Of a stretch of DNA of 52,428 bases, positions 43,804 to 52,428 are shown one piece after another. The DNA is taken from the NCBI GenBank assembly GCA_040081675.1, contig JBEBGB010000002.1, positions 1-52,428 on the forward strand, written 5' to 3'. Source of the stretch: Vicinamibacterales bacterium (GTDB lineage: Bacteria > Acidobacteriota > Vicinamibacteria > Vicinamibacterales > CAVVIG01). The position numbers and the translations under genes were made by a program. Below the pieces are notes generated by a model. That model saw nothing but the letters and a program-made list of their open reading frames with translations. It was not told the origin of the DNA and did not search any database. Each line of letters opens with the position of its first letter. Position 1 is the stretch's first letter.

Positions 43804-44682
43804 ATGCCAAATACGATCGTGCGACTGTGCGTGGCCCGCGCTTTACTGCGGACGACAAGGTGGGGATGCGTGGCGATGGCCAGTGTCTGGCTCGTCTCCG
43901 GTGCCGCGTACGCGCAATCGGCGCCGGACCCCAACCCCGGAGCCTTGACGTTCACGGGCGGTCTCGACGCGCCCTCGGTCTACGTGTTTCGAGGAATCGT
44001 CCAGGAGCGCGACCCGCGCGTCACGCTTTTCCCGTATGGGGACATCGGCATCGCACTGACGTCGGCCGCCGATGGCTCGCCGCGGCTTGGTGTGAACATC
44101 GGCGTCTGGAATAGCCTGCAGACGGGGTCGTCGGGCAGCAAGGGCTTCTACGAACACCTTCACTACGAGGAGGACTTCTACGCGACGCTGTCGCTCGCCT
44201 TGTCCGCGCGCCTCACCGTCGGCGCGACGTACACCGCCTACACCAGCCCGAACAACATGTTCGATACCGTGAAGGAAGTGAGCGTCAAGGTCGCACACGC
44301 CAGCCGCGTCAACCCATACGGGATCGTCGCCGCCGAACTGGGAGAGAACGGCGCCGACTCGGGCGTGAAGAAGGGCACCTACGTCGAACTGGGCGTGGGT
44401 CCACGCTACGGCGTCGGATCGAGGCTGACCGTGACTGTTCCCGTGAAGCTCGGTGTCAGCGCGAAGGACTACTACGAGCTGAGCGGCGTCGACCACCGCT
44501 TTGGATTTCTCGATGTCGGAGCGGTGGCGAGTTGGCCACTGACCGGCTCGACGTCCAAGTACGGCGTGTGGAACGTGCACGGGGGCGTCGAGTGGTTCAC
44601 GTTCGGCGACACGACGAGAGCCTTCAACCAGGGTGACAAGAACAAGGTCGTGGCGACGGTGGGCATCGGCGTCATCTACTAG
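43804..44682 (+). CDS. Outer-membrane beta-barrel porin (TorF / Gcw_chp-like)
   Basis: The signal peptide ends AAYAQ. The sequence has an alternating beta-strand pattern with aromatic girdles and the aromatic terminus ...ATVGIGVIY. Confidence 0.65.
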   Translation: MPNTIVRLCVARALLRTTRWGCVAMASVWLVSGAAYAQSAPDPNPGALTFTGGLDAPSVYVFRGIVQERDPRVTLFPYGDIGIALTSAADGSPRLGVNIGVWNSLQTGSSGSKGFYEHLHYEEDFYATLSLALSARLTVGATYTAYTSPNNMFDTVKEVSVKVAHASRVNPYGIVAAELGENGADSGVKKGTYVELGVGPRYGVGSRLTVTVPVKLGVSAKDYYELSGVDHRFGFLDVGAVASWPLTGSTSKYGVWNVHGGVEWFTFGDTTRAFNQGDKNKVVATVGIGVIY

Positions 44683-45174
44683 CGGATTCACCGAGCGTGG
44701 TGCGACGACGGCGCACCGTCGGCACAACCTGAACCGCATCGTCTCGGCGGCCGCTACACGGCGCGACGTACATCCGTTGGCGCGTCAGCTCCCACGTCGG
44801 CCATCGACTCGCCACTTTCAGCGTCCCAACCTCATCTCGCGAATCATGCAATTATGTTGACGCCTGGCATCGAAGCGACAGAAGTGTCGTCATGCCACCT
44901 CGGGCGTCGACGGCGCCTCTTGCTTGTTTTTCCCAGGAAATCACGCGATCGAGGCCGTCGCTGGAGCGAGGCCAACCCGGTGCCGCTTTTGCTCTCATCG
45001 TCTTGTATCTCGAAGTCGAGGAGTAGAGAGGAGTGCCGGCGGAAGTGTCGCAGTGGGCCAGTCGTGTCCCGGCCGATCCGCACCAAGTGACGAACGACTG
45101 CGTTAGGATACGGGGCAAACGGCGTCGGTGCCGGTCGTCCCTCAGATAACAACCCAGGAACACGTACAGCGTCG

Positions 45175-47715
45175 ATGTCCTCCGAGCAACCCGCACACAT
45201 AGCAGACCCGCGCCAGGACGCGCGCAGCGTCCGTGCCTCACGGCTCGAGGCGGCGCGTCGGGAGTTGGCGGAGGCGTCTGGTCGAGGTGAAGGCGGACGT
45301 CATGCGATGCGGCAGTACTCGCACCGCATGGACGCGTTGATTCAGCAGCTCTACGCCGACGCTGGCTCGCTCACGCAGTCGGTGACGGTGTTTGCCCTTG
45401 GCGGATACGGGCGTCGCGAACTGTGTCTGCACTCCGATATCGACCTGCTGATTCTCTTTGCGGGCGTCATCGGTCACGACGATGAGCGATTCCTGCATGC
45501 GTTTCTGAATCCGATCTGGGATCTTGGCCTGACCATCGGCCACCACGTGCGCGAAGTGTCCGAGGGCGCCGGGCTCGACTCCGACAACTCCGAATTCCTG
45601 CTCGCGTTGACCGACGCGCGTCCCGTGGTTGGCGATGCCACGCTGCTCGACCAGTTTCTCGCAGCGTCCGATTTCGCGCTCACCAACACCCGGACGCTCG
45701 AAGCCCTCAAAGCTCTCATTGCGGAGCGTCACTCGAAGTTCAACGACACGCTGTATCAGCTCGAGCCTGATGTGAAGGAGTCGCCAGGCGCGCTGCGCGA
45801 TCTATTTGGCGCGCAGACCATCGCCAAGCTGACCGATCCGGCACTCCTCGCCCAGGGGGGCTCCGGAGCGCGCGTCCTCGAGGACGCCGAGGAATTCCTT
45901 CTTCGCGTGCGCTCGGTCCTCCATCTTGAAGCGGGGCGTCATCACAACATCCTCAGCCACGAACTGCAGGAAGTTGCTGCCGAGCGGCTTGGGTACGCTG
46001 GCGCCACGCCGAGTCAGCGCGTCGAGCGGTTCATGGGCGACTATTTCAGGCACGCGCGTGCCATTGACAGGTCGCTGCGGTGGGCGCTCAGGGCGGCTCC
46101 GACGCCAATCGGGCGCAACCTGGTGAGATCGGTTGAGGGCATCCGCTTCACCGATACACGCGAAGCGGCCGAACGGCCCGAGACGTGGCTCGCCCTCTTT
46201 CAGGCGGCAATCGACGGCGGCTGCGCCGTGTCAGACGACGCACTGGCATGCGTCGCGCAGAACGCCGGCCGCTTTACGACCGGGTCGTTTGTTCCGACCA
46301 GAGCGCACCGCGAGGCACTGCTCAGGTTCTTGAAACCGCGCCGCGGCCTCTATGCCCGGCTCTCGGAGATGCACGACTCCGGGCTGCTCGGTCAGATTTT
46401 TCCGGAGTTCAAGGCGATCAACTGCCGCGTCGTTCGCGACTTCTACCACAAGTACACGGTTGACGAGCACACGCTGCTGACCATCCGGAACCTGGAGCGG
46501 CTCGTCGACAACCCACCGAACGACCGCGCACGATTCAGCCGGTTGCTCGGTGAACTGCAGGCGCCAGAACTCCTGGTGCTCTCGCTCCTCTATCACGATG
46601 TCGGCAAGTGGACCGAGGAAGATCACGCCATCGAGAGTTCCCGCATGGCGCACCAAATGTTCGACCGCCTGGATCTCGATGCGGCGGCGCGCGCGGAAGT
46701 GGACTTCCTCGTGCGCGACCACATCAAGATGTCGCTCGTGGCATTTCGGCGCGACACCGAAGACCCCGAGATCGTTCGCCAGTTCGCGCAGGTCGTTGGC
46801 GTCGAAGAACGGCTGAAGATGCTCTGCCTCATGACGCTCGCCGACGTGGAGGCTGTGAGCCGCGAGATCCTCACACCGTGGAAAGAGGAGCTGCTCTGGC
46901 GGCTCTACGTCGACACCTACAACCACCTCACGCTGACCTATGCCGACGAGGTGCTGGACCGCGAAGCATCGCTGCACTCGGCCCTGCTCGTCAGCCGGCC
47001 AGACGACGTCTCGGCCGACGAAGTGGCGGCGTTTCTCGAGGGGTTACCACGGCGCTACCTGCAGCTGTTCTCGCGCGAGGCGATCTTTCGGCACGTTCGC
47101 CTCTGGCGCAACCTCGGGCCCGACGCGATCAAGGCCTGGCTCGAGCGCGTCGATTCGGGATGGGAATTGACCGTGCTCACGCACGATCGGCCATTCCTCT
47201 TCTCGAATATCGCAGGCGTGCTCTCGTCGTTCGGCATGGACATCCTCCGCGGGTTCGCGTTCACGAAGCCGACGGGGCCGGTCGTGGACATGTTCCATTT
47301 CACCGACGACGAACAATTCCTGGAATTGAACGCCGAGGGTGAGAGCGAACTGTTGAAGGTGCTCGAGAACGTCGTCCTGGGCCGCGCGGATGTGGCGGCG
47401 CGGCTTCGCGGCCGCGAGCAAGGCGCATTCAGGCAGCGCTTCCCGGTCTTCTCGCCGGTGGTGCACTGCGACAACGAATCATCGCGTCGTTACACCATCG
47501 TGGAGATCGTGGCCGAAGATGCCCTCGGCCTCCTGTATCGCGTCAGTCGCGCCATGTCGGAGTCCGGGTGCGAGGTCGACCTCGTGCTCATCGGCACCGA
47601 AGGCCGTCGCGCGATCGATGTGTTCCATCTCAGTCGGAACGGCGCCAAGCTGACGCCGGACCAGCAAGCGGAAGTGACCGGAAACCTGCAACGCGTTCTG
47701 GAGGGACGCTCATGA
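45175..47715 (+). CDS. glnD: [Protein-PII] uridylyltransferase / uridylyl-removing enzyme
   Basis: The nucleotidyltransferase motif FALGGYGRRELCLHSDIDLLILF is present. The HD domain has LLYHDVGK, and two C-terminal ACT-like segments follow. Confidence 0.9.
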   Translation: MSSEQPAHIADPRQDARSVRASRLEAARRELAEASGRGEGGRHAMRQYSHRMDALIQQLYADAGSLTQSVTVFALGGYGRRELCLHSDIDLLILFAGVIGHDDERFLHAFLNPIWDLGLTIGHHVREVSEGAGLDSDNSEFLLALTDARPVVGDATLLDQFLAASDFALTNTRTLEALKALIAERHSKFNDTLYQLEPDVKESPGALRDLFGAQTIAKLTDPALLAQGGSGARVLEDAEEFLLRVRSVLHLEAGRHHNILSHELQEVAAERLGYAGATPSQRVERFMGDYFRHARAIDRSLRWALRAAPTPIGRNLVRSVEGIRFTDTREAAERPETWLALFQAAIDGGCAVSDDALACVAQNAGRFTTGSFVPTRAHREALLRFLKPRRGLYARLSEMHDSGLLGQIFPEFKAINCRVVRDFYHKYTVDEHTLLTIRNLERLVDNPPNDRARFSRLLGELQAPELLVLSLLYHDVGKWTEEDHAIESSRMAHQMFDRLDLDAAARAEVDFLVRDHIKMSLVAFRRDTEDPEIVRQFAQVVGVEERLKMLCLMTLADVEAVSREILTPWKEELLWRLYVDTYNHLTLTYADEVLDREASLHSALLVSRPDDVSADEVAAFLEGLPRRYLQLFSREAIFRHVRLWRNLGPDAIKAWLERVDSGWELTVLTHDRPFLFSNIAGVLSSFGMDILRGFAFTKPTGPVVDMFHFTDDEQFLELNAEGESELLKVLENVVLGRADVAARLRGREQGAFRQRFPVFSPVVHCDNESSRRYTIVEIVAEDALGLLYRVSRAMSESGCEVDLVLIGTEGRRAIDVFHLSRNGAKLTPDQQAEVTGNLQRVLEGRS

Positions 47716-48041
47716 AGCTGATCAAATCTATCGTTCGACCCAACAAGGTGGATGACGTCAAGGCGGCACTCGAGAAGCTGCAGATCTCGGGCATGACCGT
47801 CACCGAAGTCCGCGGCCACGGCAAGCAGAAGGGACACACGGCGATCTATCGAGGGCAGGAGTACAACGTCAGCCTGCTCCCGAAAATGGAAGTCGAAGTC
47901 GTGGTGCCAGACTCCATGGCCGACGACGCGATCAAGGCCATCATCGCCTCGGCCCGCACCGGCGAGATCGGTGATGGACGCGTGTTCGTGATTCCAGTCC
48001 TCGAGAGCTACAAGATTCGAACTGGAGAGCGCGAAGGTTAG
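47712..48041 (+). CDS. glnB: Nitrogen regulatory protein P-II
   Basis: The translation is MKLIKSIVRPNKVDDVKAALEKLQISGMTVTEVRGHGKQKGHTAIYRGQEY...TGEIGDGRVFV. The T-loop Tyr is present. It has an ATGA overlap with glnD. Confidence 0.93.
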   Translation: MKLIKSIVRPNKVDDVKAALEKLQISGMTVTEVRGHGKQKGHTAIYRGQEYNVSLLPKMEVEVVVPDSMADDAIKAIIASARTGEIGDGRVFVIPVLESYKIRTGEREG

Positions 48042-48057
48042 CCGCTCGCGATTCGGA

Positions 48058-48078
48058 CCGGACGATTCGATCGTCCGG
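48058..48078. other. Perfect 9-bp hairpin between convergent glnB and ftsB (possible bidirectional terminator, no U-tract)
   Basis: CCGGACGAT-TCG-ATCGTCCGG. Confidence 0.3.
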
Positions 48079-48203
48079 ACGACGTGAGCGGATTCAGGAA
48101 CGAGACAGAAGTACGGAGGGACGCGGTTCGCTCCGGCTTCTGGCTTCTTCCGGGCTGCGCGTGACGGTCGCTTCGACCGTCTCCGTGGCTGGGCGACTGT
48201 CGA

Positions 48204-48557
48204 TCAGTGTGCGGCCGGCGGCTTGAGGTCCTTCACGATGAAGACCTTCTCGCCGGGCCGCATGAGCCCGAGTTCGCCCCGGGCGAGTTCTTCGAGCGCG
48301 GCGGGGTCGTTCGTCAATCGATCGGCTTCCGTACGGAGCCGCGCGTTCTCGGTGCGCTGCTGTTCGATGGCGGCCGCGTTCATCTCGAACTGCTCGCGTG
48401 CTCGCAGCATCGCGAGTAAACCTCGCTCGCCGACGATGGCGTCGATGATGATGGCTATCGCCAGCAAGACGACGGCCCAGCGGACAAACCCTCGGCTTCG
48501 AGGGGCTCGCCCGCCTTGCGCATGCTTCGTCGATGTTGGTGTCTCGGCCTTCGCCAC
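48204..48557 (-). CDS. ftsB: Septum formation initiator (FtsB/DivIC family)
   Basis: It has a single TM segment (WAVVLLAIAIIIDAIV), a coiled coil (MLRAREQFEMNAAAIEQQRTENARLRTEADRL), and the motif ELARGELGLMRPGEKVFIV. Confidence 0.8.
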   Translation of the reverse strand: MAKAETPTSTKHAQGGRAPRSRGFVRWAVVLLAIAIIIDAIVGERGLLAMLRAREQFEMNAAAIEQQRTENARLRTEADRLTNDPAALEELARGELGLMRPGEKVFIVKDLKPPAAH

Positions 48558-48625
48558 GCGCTAGAACAGTACAACAGTTGACAGATCCGTACAATCGGGA
48601 AACCCGTGAATTTGCGGGCATTCTC

Positions 48626-48952
48626 ATGCCTGACACCGTCATTATCCTGACGACCGTGCCGTCCGAAGATCTCGGTGCGACGCTCGGACGCGAGCTGGTG
48701 CGCCGTGGGTTGGTGGCCTGCGTGAACGTCCTACCAGCGATGGTATCCATCTATCTCTGGCACGGTGAAATCCAGCAGGACTCCGAGTGCCAGGTGCTCA
48801 TCAAAACCATTGCCGCACGCGTCGACGCCGTTCAAGCCGTCGTGACCGAACTGCACCCATACGATCTGCCCGAGTTCGTGGTGCTGCCGATCGTCGGCGG
48901 CGACCCTGCCTATCTCGCGTGGGTCGCAGCATGTTCGGGTGGAGAAGGCTGA
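48626..48952 (+). CDS. cutA: Divalent-cation tolerance protein CutA
   Basis: The ATG at 48626 gives MPDTVIILTTVPSEDLGATLGRELVRRGLVACVNVLPAMVSIYLWHGEIQQDSECQVLIKT...HPYDLPEF. Confidence 0.85.
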   Translation: MPDTVIILTTVPSEDLGATLGRELVRRGLVACVNVLPAMVSIYLWHGEIQQDSECQVLIKTIAARVDAVQAVVTELHPYDLPEFVVLPIVGGDPAYLAWVAACSGGEG

Positions 48953-48990
48953 CCAGCGTCGCGCGGTCGGTGTGACACAATGTGTGACAC

Positions 48991-49644
48991 ATGCCGAGCG
49001 TCGTCGACTTCGTCCTTCACAGCGACCGTCACCTGCTCGAATTCGTCGGAAACTACGGGGTGTGGGTCTACGCCCTGCTGTTCCTCATAGTCTTCGCTGA
49101 AACAGGTTTCATCGTCACACCGATCCTGCCCGGCGACTCGTTGTTGTTCGCGGCGGGCGCGCTCTGCGCAACGGGTGCAATGAACGCAGCGCTGTGTTTC
49201 GCCCTGCTTGCCTTTGCCGCGTTTGCGGGTAATTCCGTCAATTACGCCGTCGGCAGATTCGTTGGGCCTCGCATCTTTTCGGCCACCGACAATGCGGGGA
49301 TGTGGCACCGCCTGCTCAATCGTGAGTACCTGGCGCGAGGGCACGCCTTCTTCGAGCAATACGGTGGCAAAGCGGTGGTGCTCGGCCGCTTCGTGCCGAT
49401 CGTCCGGACCTTCGTCCCGTTCGTGGCTGGCGCCGCGGAGATGACGCCAGGAGCGTTCGGCCTCTATAACTTGGTTGGTGCGGTTGGGTGGGTCGGTATC
49501 TGCCTCGGAGCGGGCCTGTTGTTCGGTAACGTCCCGATCGTGAAGGAGAACTTCTCGCTCGTGACGATCGGCATCGTTGCCGTGTCGCTCTTGCCGGCGC
49601 TGGTGGAGGTTGTTCGTCACCGCCAGAGCCGCCGCACGACGTAA
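48991..49644 (+). CDS. DedA/SNARE-associated family membrane protein
   Basis: Motifs present: LLFLIVFAETGFIVTPILPGDSLLFAAGAL, GKAVVLGRFVPIVRTFVPFVAG. Confidence 0.88.
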   Translation: MPSVVDFVLHSDRHLLEFVGNYGVWVYALLFLIVFAETGFIVTPILPGDSLLFAAGALCATGAMNAALCFALLAFAAFAGNSVNYAVGRFVGPRIFSATDNAGMWHRLLNREYLARGHAFFEQYGGKAVVLGRFVPIVRTFVPFVAGAAEMTPGAFGLYNLVGAVGWVGICLGAGLLFGNVPIVKENFSLVTIGIVAVSLLPALVEVVRHRQSRRTT

Positions 49645-49650
49645 CGCCGT

Positions 49651-50808
49651 CTAGACGGCTTCCAGCGCCTGCGTGAGGTCCTCTTTGAGGTCCTCGATAT
49701 CTTCGAGGCCAGCCGAGATCCGCACCAGTCCGTCGGTAATCCCCAGCGCCACTCGCGTTTCCACGGGCACTGAGCCGTGGGTCATCGTCGCCGGGTGCGA
49801 GATAAGGGACTCGACGCCGCCGAGGCTTTCTGCGAGAGCCAGGAGACGTACAGTCTTCAGGAGCTGTTTCGCCGCATCGAGCGAGCCAAGCTCGAACGCC
49901 AGCATGCCGCCGAACGAGCGCATCTGTCTGGCCGCCAGCGCGTGCTGCGGATGCGACGGAAGGCCGGGATAGTAGACGTGCCTCACCTTGGGGTGGACCT
50001 CGAGGAACCGCGCCAGTTCGAGGCCCGTGTGCGAGTGCTGCGCCATGCGGAGCGGCAGCGTCTTGGTGCCTCGAAGGACCAGCCACGAATCGAAGGGGCT
50101 GAGGATGGCCCCGGCCGCGTTCTGCACGAACGCCAGCCATTCGATATCGTCCGCGCGGGTGGCGATGACCACGCCGCCAATGCTGTCGCTGTGCCCGTTC
50201 AAATACTTCGTCGTGCTGTGTGTGACCAGGTCCGCACCGAGTGCAAGGGGTTGTTGCAGCACGGGGCTCGCAAACGTGTTGTCCACCACCAGCCTGGCAT
50301 CGTGTCGATGCGCAAGTTCCGCAGCGTGCGCCAAATCGGTGATGCGCATTATCGGGTTGCTCGGCGTTTCGACGAAGAGCATCCGTGTCGCCGGCGTGAA
50401 CGCCCGTTCGACCGCGTCCAGGTTGCCGGTGTCCACGAATGAGAAGGTGAGCTGCGAGCGTGTCAGCACCTTGTCGAACAAGCGGAATGTGCCGCCGTAC
50501 ACGTTGTCGGAGACAACTACGTGGTCGCCGCTCTTCAACATGGACGCGATCGCATTGATCGCGGCCATGCCGGAGGCGAAGGCAAATGCGGCCTTGCCAC
50601 CTTCGATGGCGGCAAGATTGCCTTCGAGCGCCGCGCGGGTCGGATTCTGCGTGCGGGCGTACTCGTAGCCTTTGTGGCGACCGAGCTCTTCCTGCACGTA
50701 CGTGGAGGTCTGATAGATGGGCGTGACAATGGCGCCAGTGCTCGGGTCTGGTTGTTGACCGGCGTGCAGGCAGACGGTTGAGAATCGGGCGCTGGGCGGC
50801 AGTTTCAC
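49651..50808 (-). CDS. Cys/Met-metabolism PLP-dependent enzyme (cystathionine gamma-synthase / beta-lyase / gamma-lyase family)
   Basis: GTG start at 50808. Motifs present: TPIYQTSTY, YARTQNPTR, the PLP-Lys motif HSTTKYLNGHSD, and LAESLGGVESLISHPATMTH. Confidence 0.88.
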   Translation of the reverse strand: MKLPPSARFSTVCLHAGQQPDPSTGAIVTPIYQTSTYVQEELGRHKGYEYARTQNPTRAALEGNLAAIEGGKAAFAFASGMAAINAIASMLKSGDHVVVSDNVYGGTFRLFDKVLTRSQLTFSFVDTGNLDAVERAFTPATRMLFVETPSNPIMRITDLAHAAELAHRHDARLVVDNTFASPVLQQPLALGADLVTHSTTKYLNGHSDSIGGVVIATRADDIEWLAFVQNAAGAILSPFDSWLVLRGTKTLPLRMAQHSHTGLELARFLEVHPKVRHVYYPGLPSHPQHALAARQMRSFGGMLAFELGSLDAAKQLLKTVRLLALAESLGGVESLISHPATMTHGSVPVETRVALGITDGLVRISAGLEDIEDLKEDLTQALEAV

Positions 50809-50853
50809 GACCTACACACCTTACATGGTCTAATATCGCGAAGTCCACGCACC

Positions 50854-52428
50854 CATGAAGCACGCGCTGCTCCACACGTGGCCAGGACGCGCGATGGTGA
50901 TCGGCTCGGTTGTCAAGCTGGTCGTCTTCGTGCTGACGCTGGCTGTCACCCCTCCCGGCGCCGTGCGTCTGCTCGACACGCTGGCATCGATAGCTCTGGC
51001 TGGCGGCGGCCTGTTCTTCGTGGCACGAGGGCTGGCGTTTGCGCAGCGACACCTGCTCTGGCGCGTTCGCCGGAAGCTGATCATCTCGTATATCTTCATC
51101 GGCTTCATTCCGGCTATTCTCATCGTCTCCTTCTTCCTGCTCGGCGGGCTGCTGCTCTTCTCGAACTTCAGCTCGTATCTGCTGCAGACGCGTCTGCAGT
51201 CGCTGGCCGCGCGCGCGCAGGCGGTCGCGTCCACGACGGCGGTCGAGATTCAGCGTGCTGGCGGACGAGGCGTGGCCTCGATTGCCGCTCGGCGGCAAGC
51301 CGTTGTCTCGAAGGAACTGCCCGGTGCATCGATCGCGGTCGTGCCTGTGGACCGCCCGTGCGAGGACACCGGCGTCACCGCATCCGCGCCCTCTCCCGAG
51401 CCTCGCACGACGATTGTCGCAGGGCCATGGACCCACATGGACCCGCCGAGTGGAGTGCCCGCGTGGGTGCCCTGCAGCGGCTTTCAGGGTCTGTTGGCGT
51501 ACGCCGACCTGGATCAGCCCGCGCTGGTGTCCAGTTCGAACGTTGGAGTCAACGGTGGGGCGACGCAGCGCCCCGTCGACCTCGTCGCACGGGCCGTGGT
51601 CATGCCCGACAGCCCCACGCCGACCTATGCCGTCGTCGTCGATCTGCTGGTGAACGCATCGGTGCGGGACGAACTCCGGTCGGAGACAGGCGTGGCGCTC
51701 ACCTCGATCGCGAAGATGTCGACCAGCAGCACGAACGTCGACGTCGGCGTGCTGCCGGCTCGCACACCCCTCGCCGAGGGCCAGTCCTTCGCGCAGGTGT
51801 CCTCGTTGCCGGCCACGTCAGCGAGCTTCCCGGATATTGTCGACTGGCGAAGTGGCGAGACGCTGCAACGGACCGTGATGGCATCTATGCAGTTGAGCAT
51901 CGGCGAGATGTACGGCCGCATGGCGGCCGCGCAAGGATCGATTGGCCAGAACCTGCTCGTGGTGCTGATTCTCATCGGCGTGCTCTTTCTCATTATCGAG
52001 ATCATCGCGCTCGTCACGGGCCTCGCGCTGGCGCGCTCCATCACCGGGTCGGTGCACGAGCTCTTTGCAGGCACCGAGCGCGTGCGCCTTGGCGACTTCA
52101 CGCACAAGATCGACATCCGCGCACGAGACCAGCTGGGCGAACTGGCCGAGTCGTTCAACTCGATGACTGCGAGCATCGAAGACCTGCTGCGCATTCAAGC
52201 CGAGAAGAAGCGTCTCGAGGAGGAACTTCGGATCGCTCACGAGATCCAGATGTCCCTCTTGCCGCAGGGGCCGCTGGGAATTCCTGGCGTGTCTGTGACA
52301 AGCGTCTGTGTGCCGGCGCGAGAGGTCGGTGGCGACTACTTCGACATCCTGCCGCTCGACGACCACCGCGTGGCTGTGCTCATCGCCGACGTGTCGGGGA
52401 AGGGGACGTCCGCAGCGCTCTACATGGC
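50854..52428 (+). CDS. Membrane HAMP-domain SpoIIE/PP2C-type serine phosphatase (RsbU-like), partial; apparent +1 frameshift at ~52381
   Basis: Absent from the ORF track because it leaves the window. From ATG 50854 the translation is MKHALLHTWPGRAMVIGSVVKLVVFVLTL... It has N-terminal TM segments, a periplasmic-sized region, a further TM segment, the HAMP domain (LALARSITGSVHELFAGTERVRLGDFTHKIDIRARDQLGELAESFNSM), then EIQMSLLP...PAREVGGDYFDI. The next conserved motif, IADVSGKGTSAALYM, is readable only in the +1 frame from 52382. Confidence 0.8.

Noticed and set aside
44865-44880. Sigma-54-like TGGCAT...GC upstream of glnD
   Set aside because: The GG-to-GC spacing is 2 nt too short for the -24/-12 consensus.
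49316-51436. 706-aa minus-strand ORF
   Set aside because: It spans the DedA gene, the PLP enzyme (in a different frame) and the SpoIIE phosphatase start. It is extremely Arg/Gly/Pro-rich with no domains. It is a shadow ORF.
1-52428. Mobile elements, prophage, defence systems or a genomic island
   Set aside because: I saw no transposase, integrase, recombinase, phage structural, restriction-modification, toxin-antitoxin or cas-like translations in any frame. There is no flanking tRNA and no long direct repeats. Composition looks uniform apart from short AT-rich promoter islands.

Overview
GC-rich chromosomal segment (about two-thirds G+C by eye, not computed). The gene content suggests an Acidobacteriota-like organism: a carboxypeptidase-regulatory-domain TonB receptor, a PSCyt-type cytochrome c fusion and many TPR fusions. 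This taxonomic call is inference only. I support about 40 protein genes. I found no rRNA, tRNA, CRISPR array, transposase, integrase or recognisable defence genes. Gene order: leuC (partial, minus strand); a metal-uptake block (His/Cys-rich membrane protein, coiled-coil porin, ZnuA/TroA-type binding protein and ZnuB-type permease, but no ATPase) packed on the same strand against a zinc-ribbon microprotein and bioB-bioF-bioD-bioA; a TetR gene with a perfect palindromic operator controlling a split, permuted PEP-synthase/rifampin-phosphotransferase-like pair; a secreted beta-carbonic anhydrase; a divergent glycan-decoration cluster (two CelD/FemAB-like GNATs, an ATP-grasp ligase, a metallophosphoesterase and a polysaccharide deacetylase) whose two promoter regions share an identical 15-mer; a CBM9/DUF5916 outer-membrane protein and a TonB-dependent receptor; a cytochrome c + PHM/DBH-type copper monooxygenase + TPR fusion; a membrane spermidine-synthase-like TPR protein; an esterase; a 1,443-codon receiver-PAS-coiled-coil protein built from about 23 tandem ~39-aa repeats, head-to-head with a tandem PilZ protein; a GT1 glycosyltransferase; UspA; a YbaK-like protein; a periplasmic sulfur module (TsdA-like dihaem cytochrome, Tat-DsrE-like protein, DUF442 phosphatase-like protein, porin); glnD-glnB; ftsB; cutA; dedA; a trans-sulfuration PLP enzyme; and a HAMP-SpoIIE phosphatase (partial) with an apparent 1-nt frameshift at the window edge. 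The most unusual items are the repeat-built coiled-coil/PilZ pair, the haem-copper monooxygenase fusion, the glycan-decoration cluster with its shared 15-mer, and a convergent intergenic spacer made of inverted arrays of a 9-nt repeat. All functional calls rest on motifs I read in the translations and on remembered family signatures. No database search was run.
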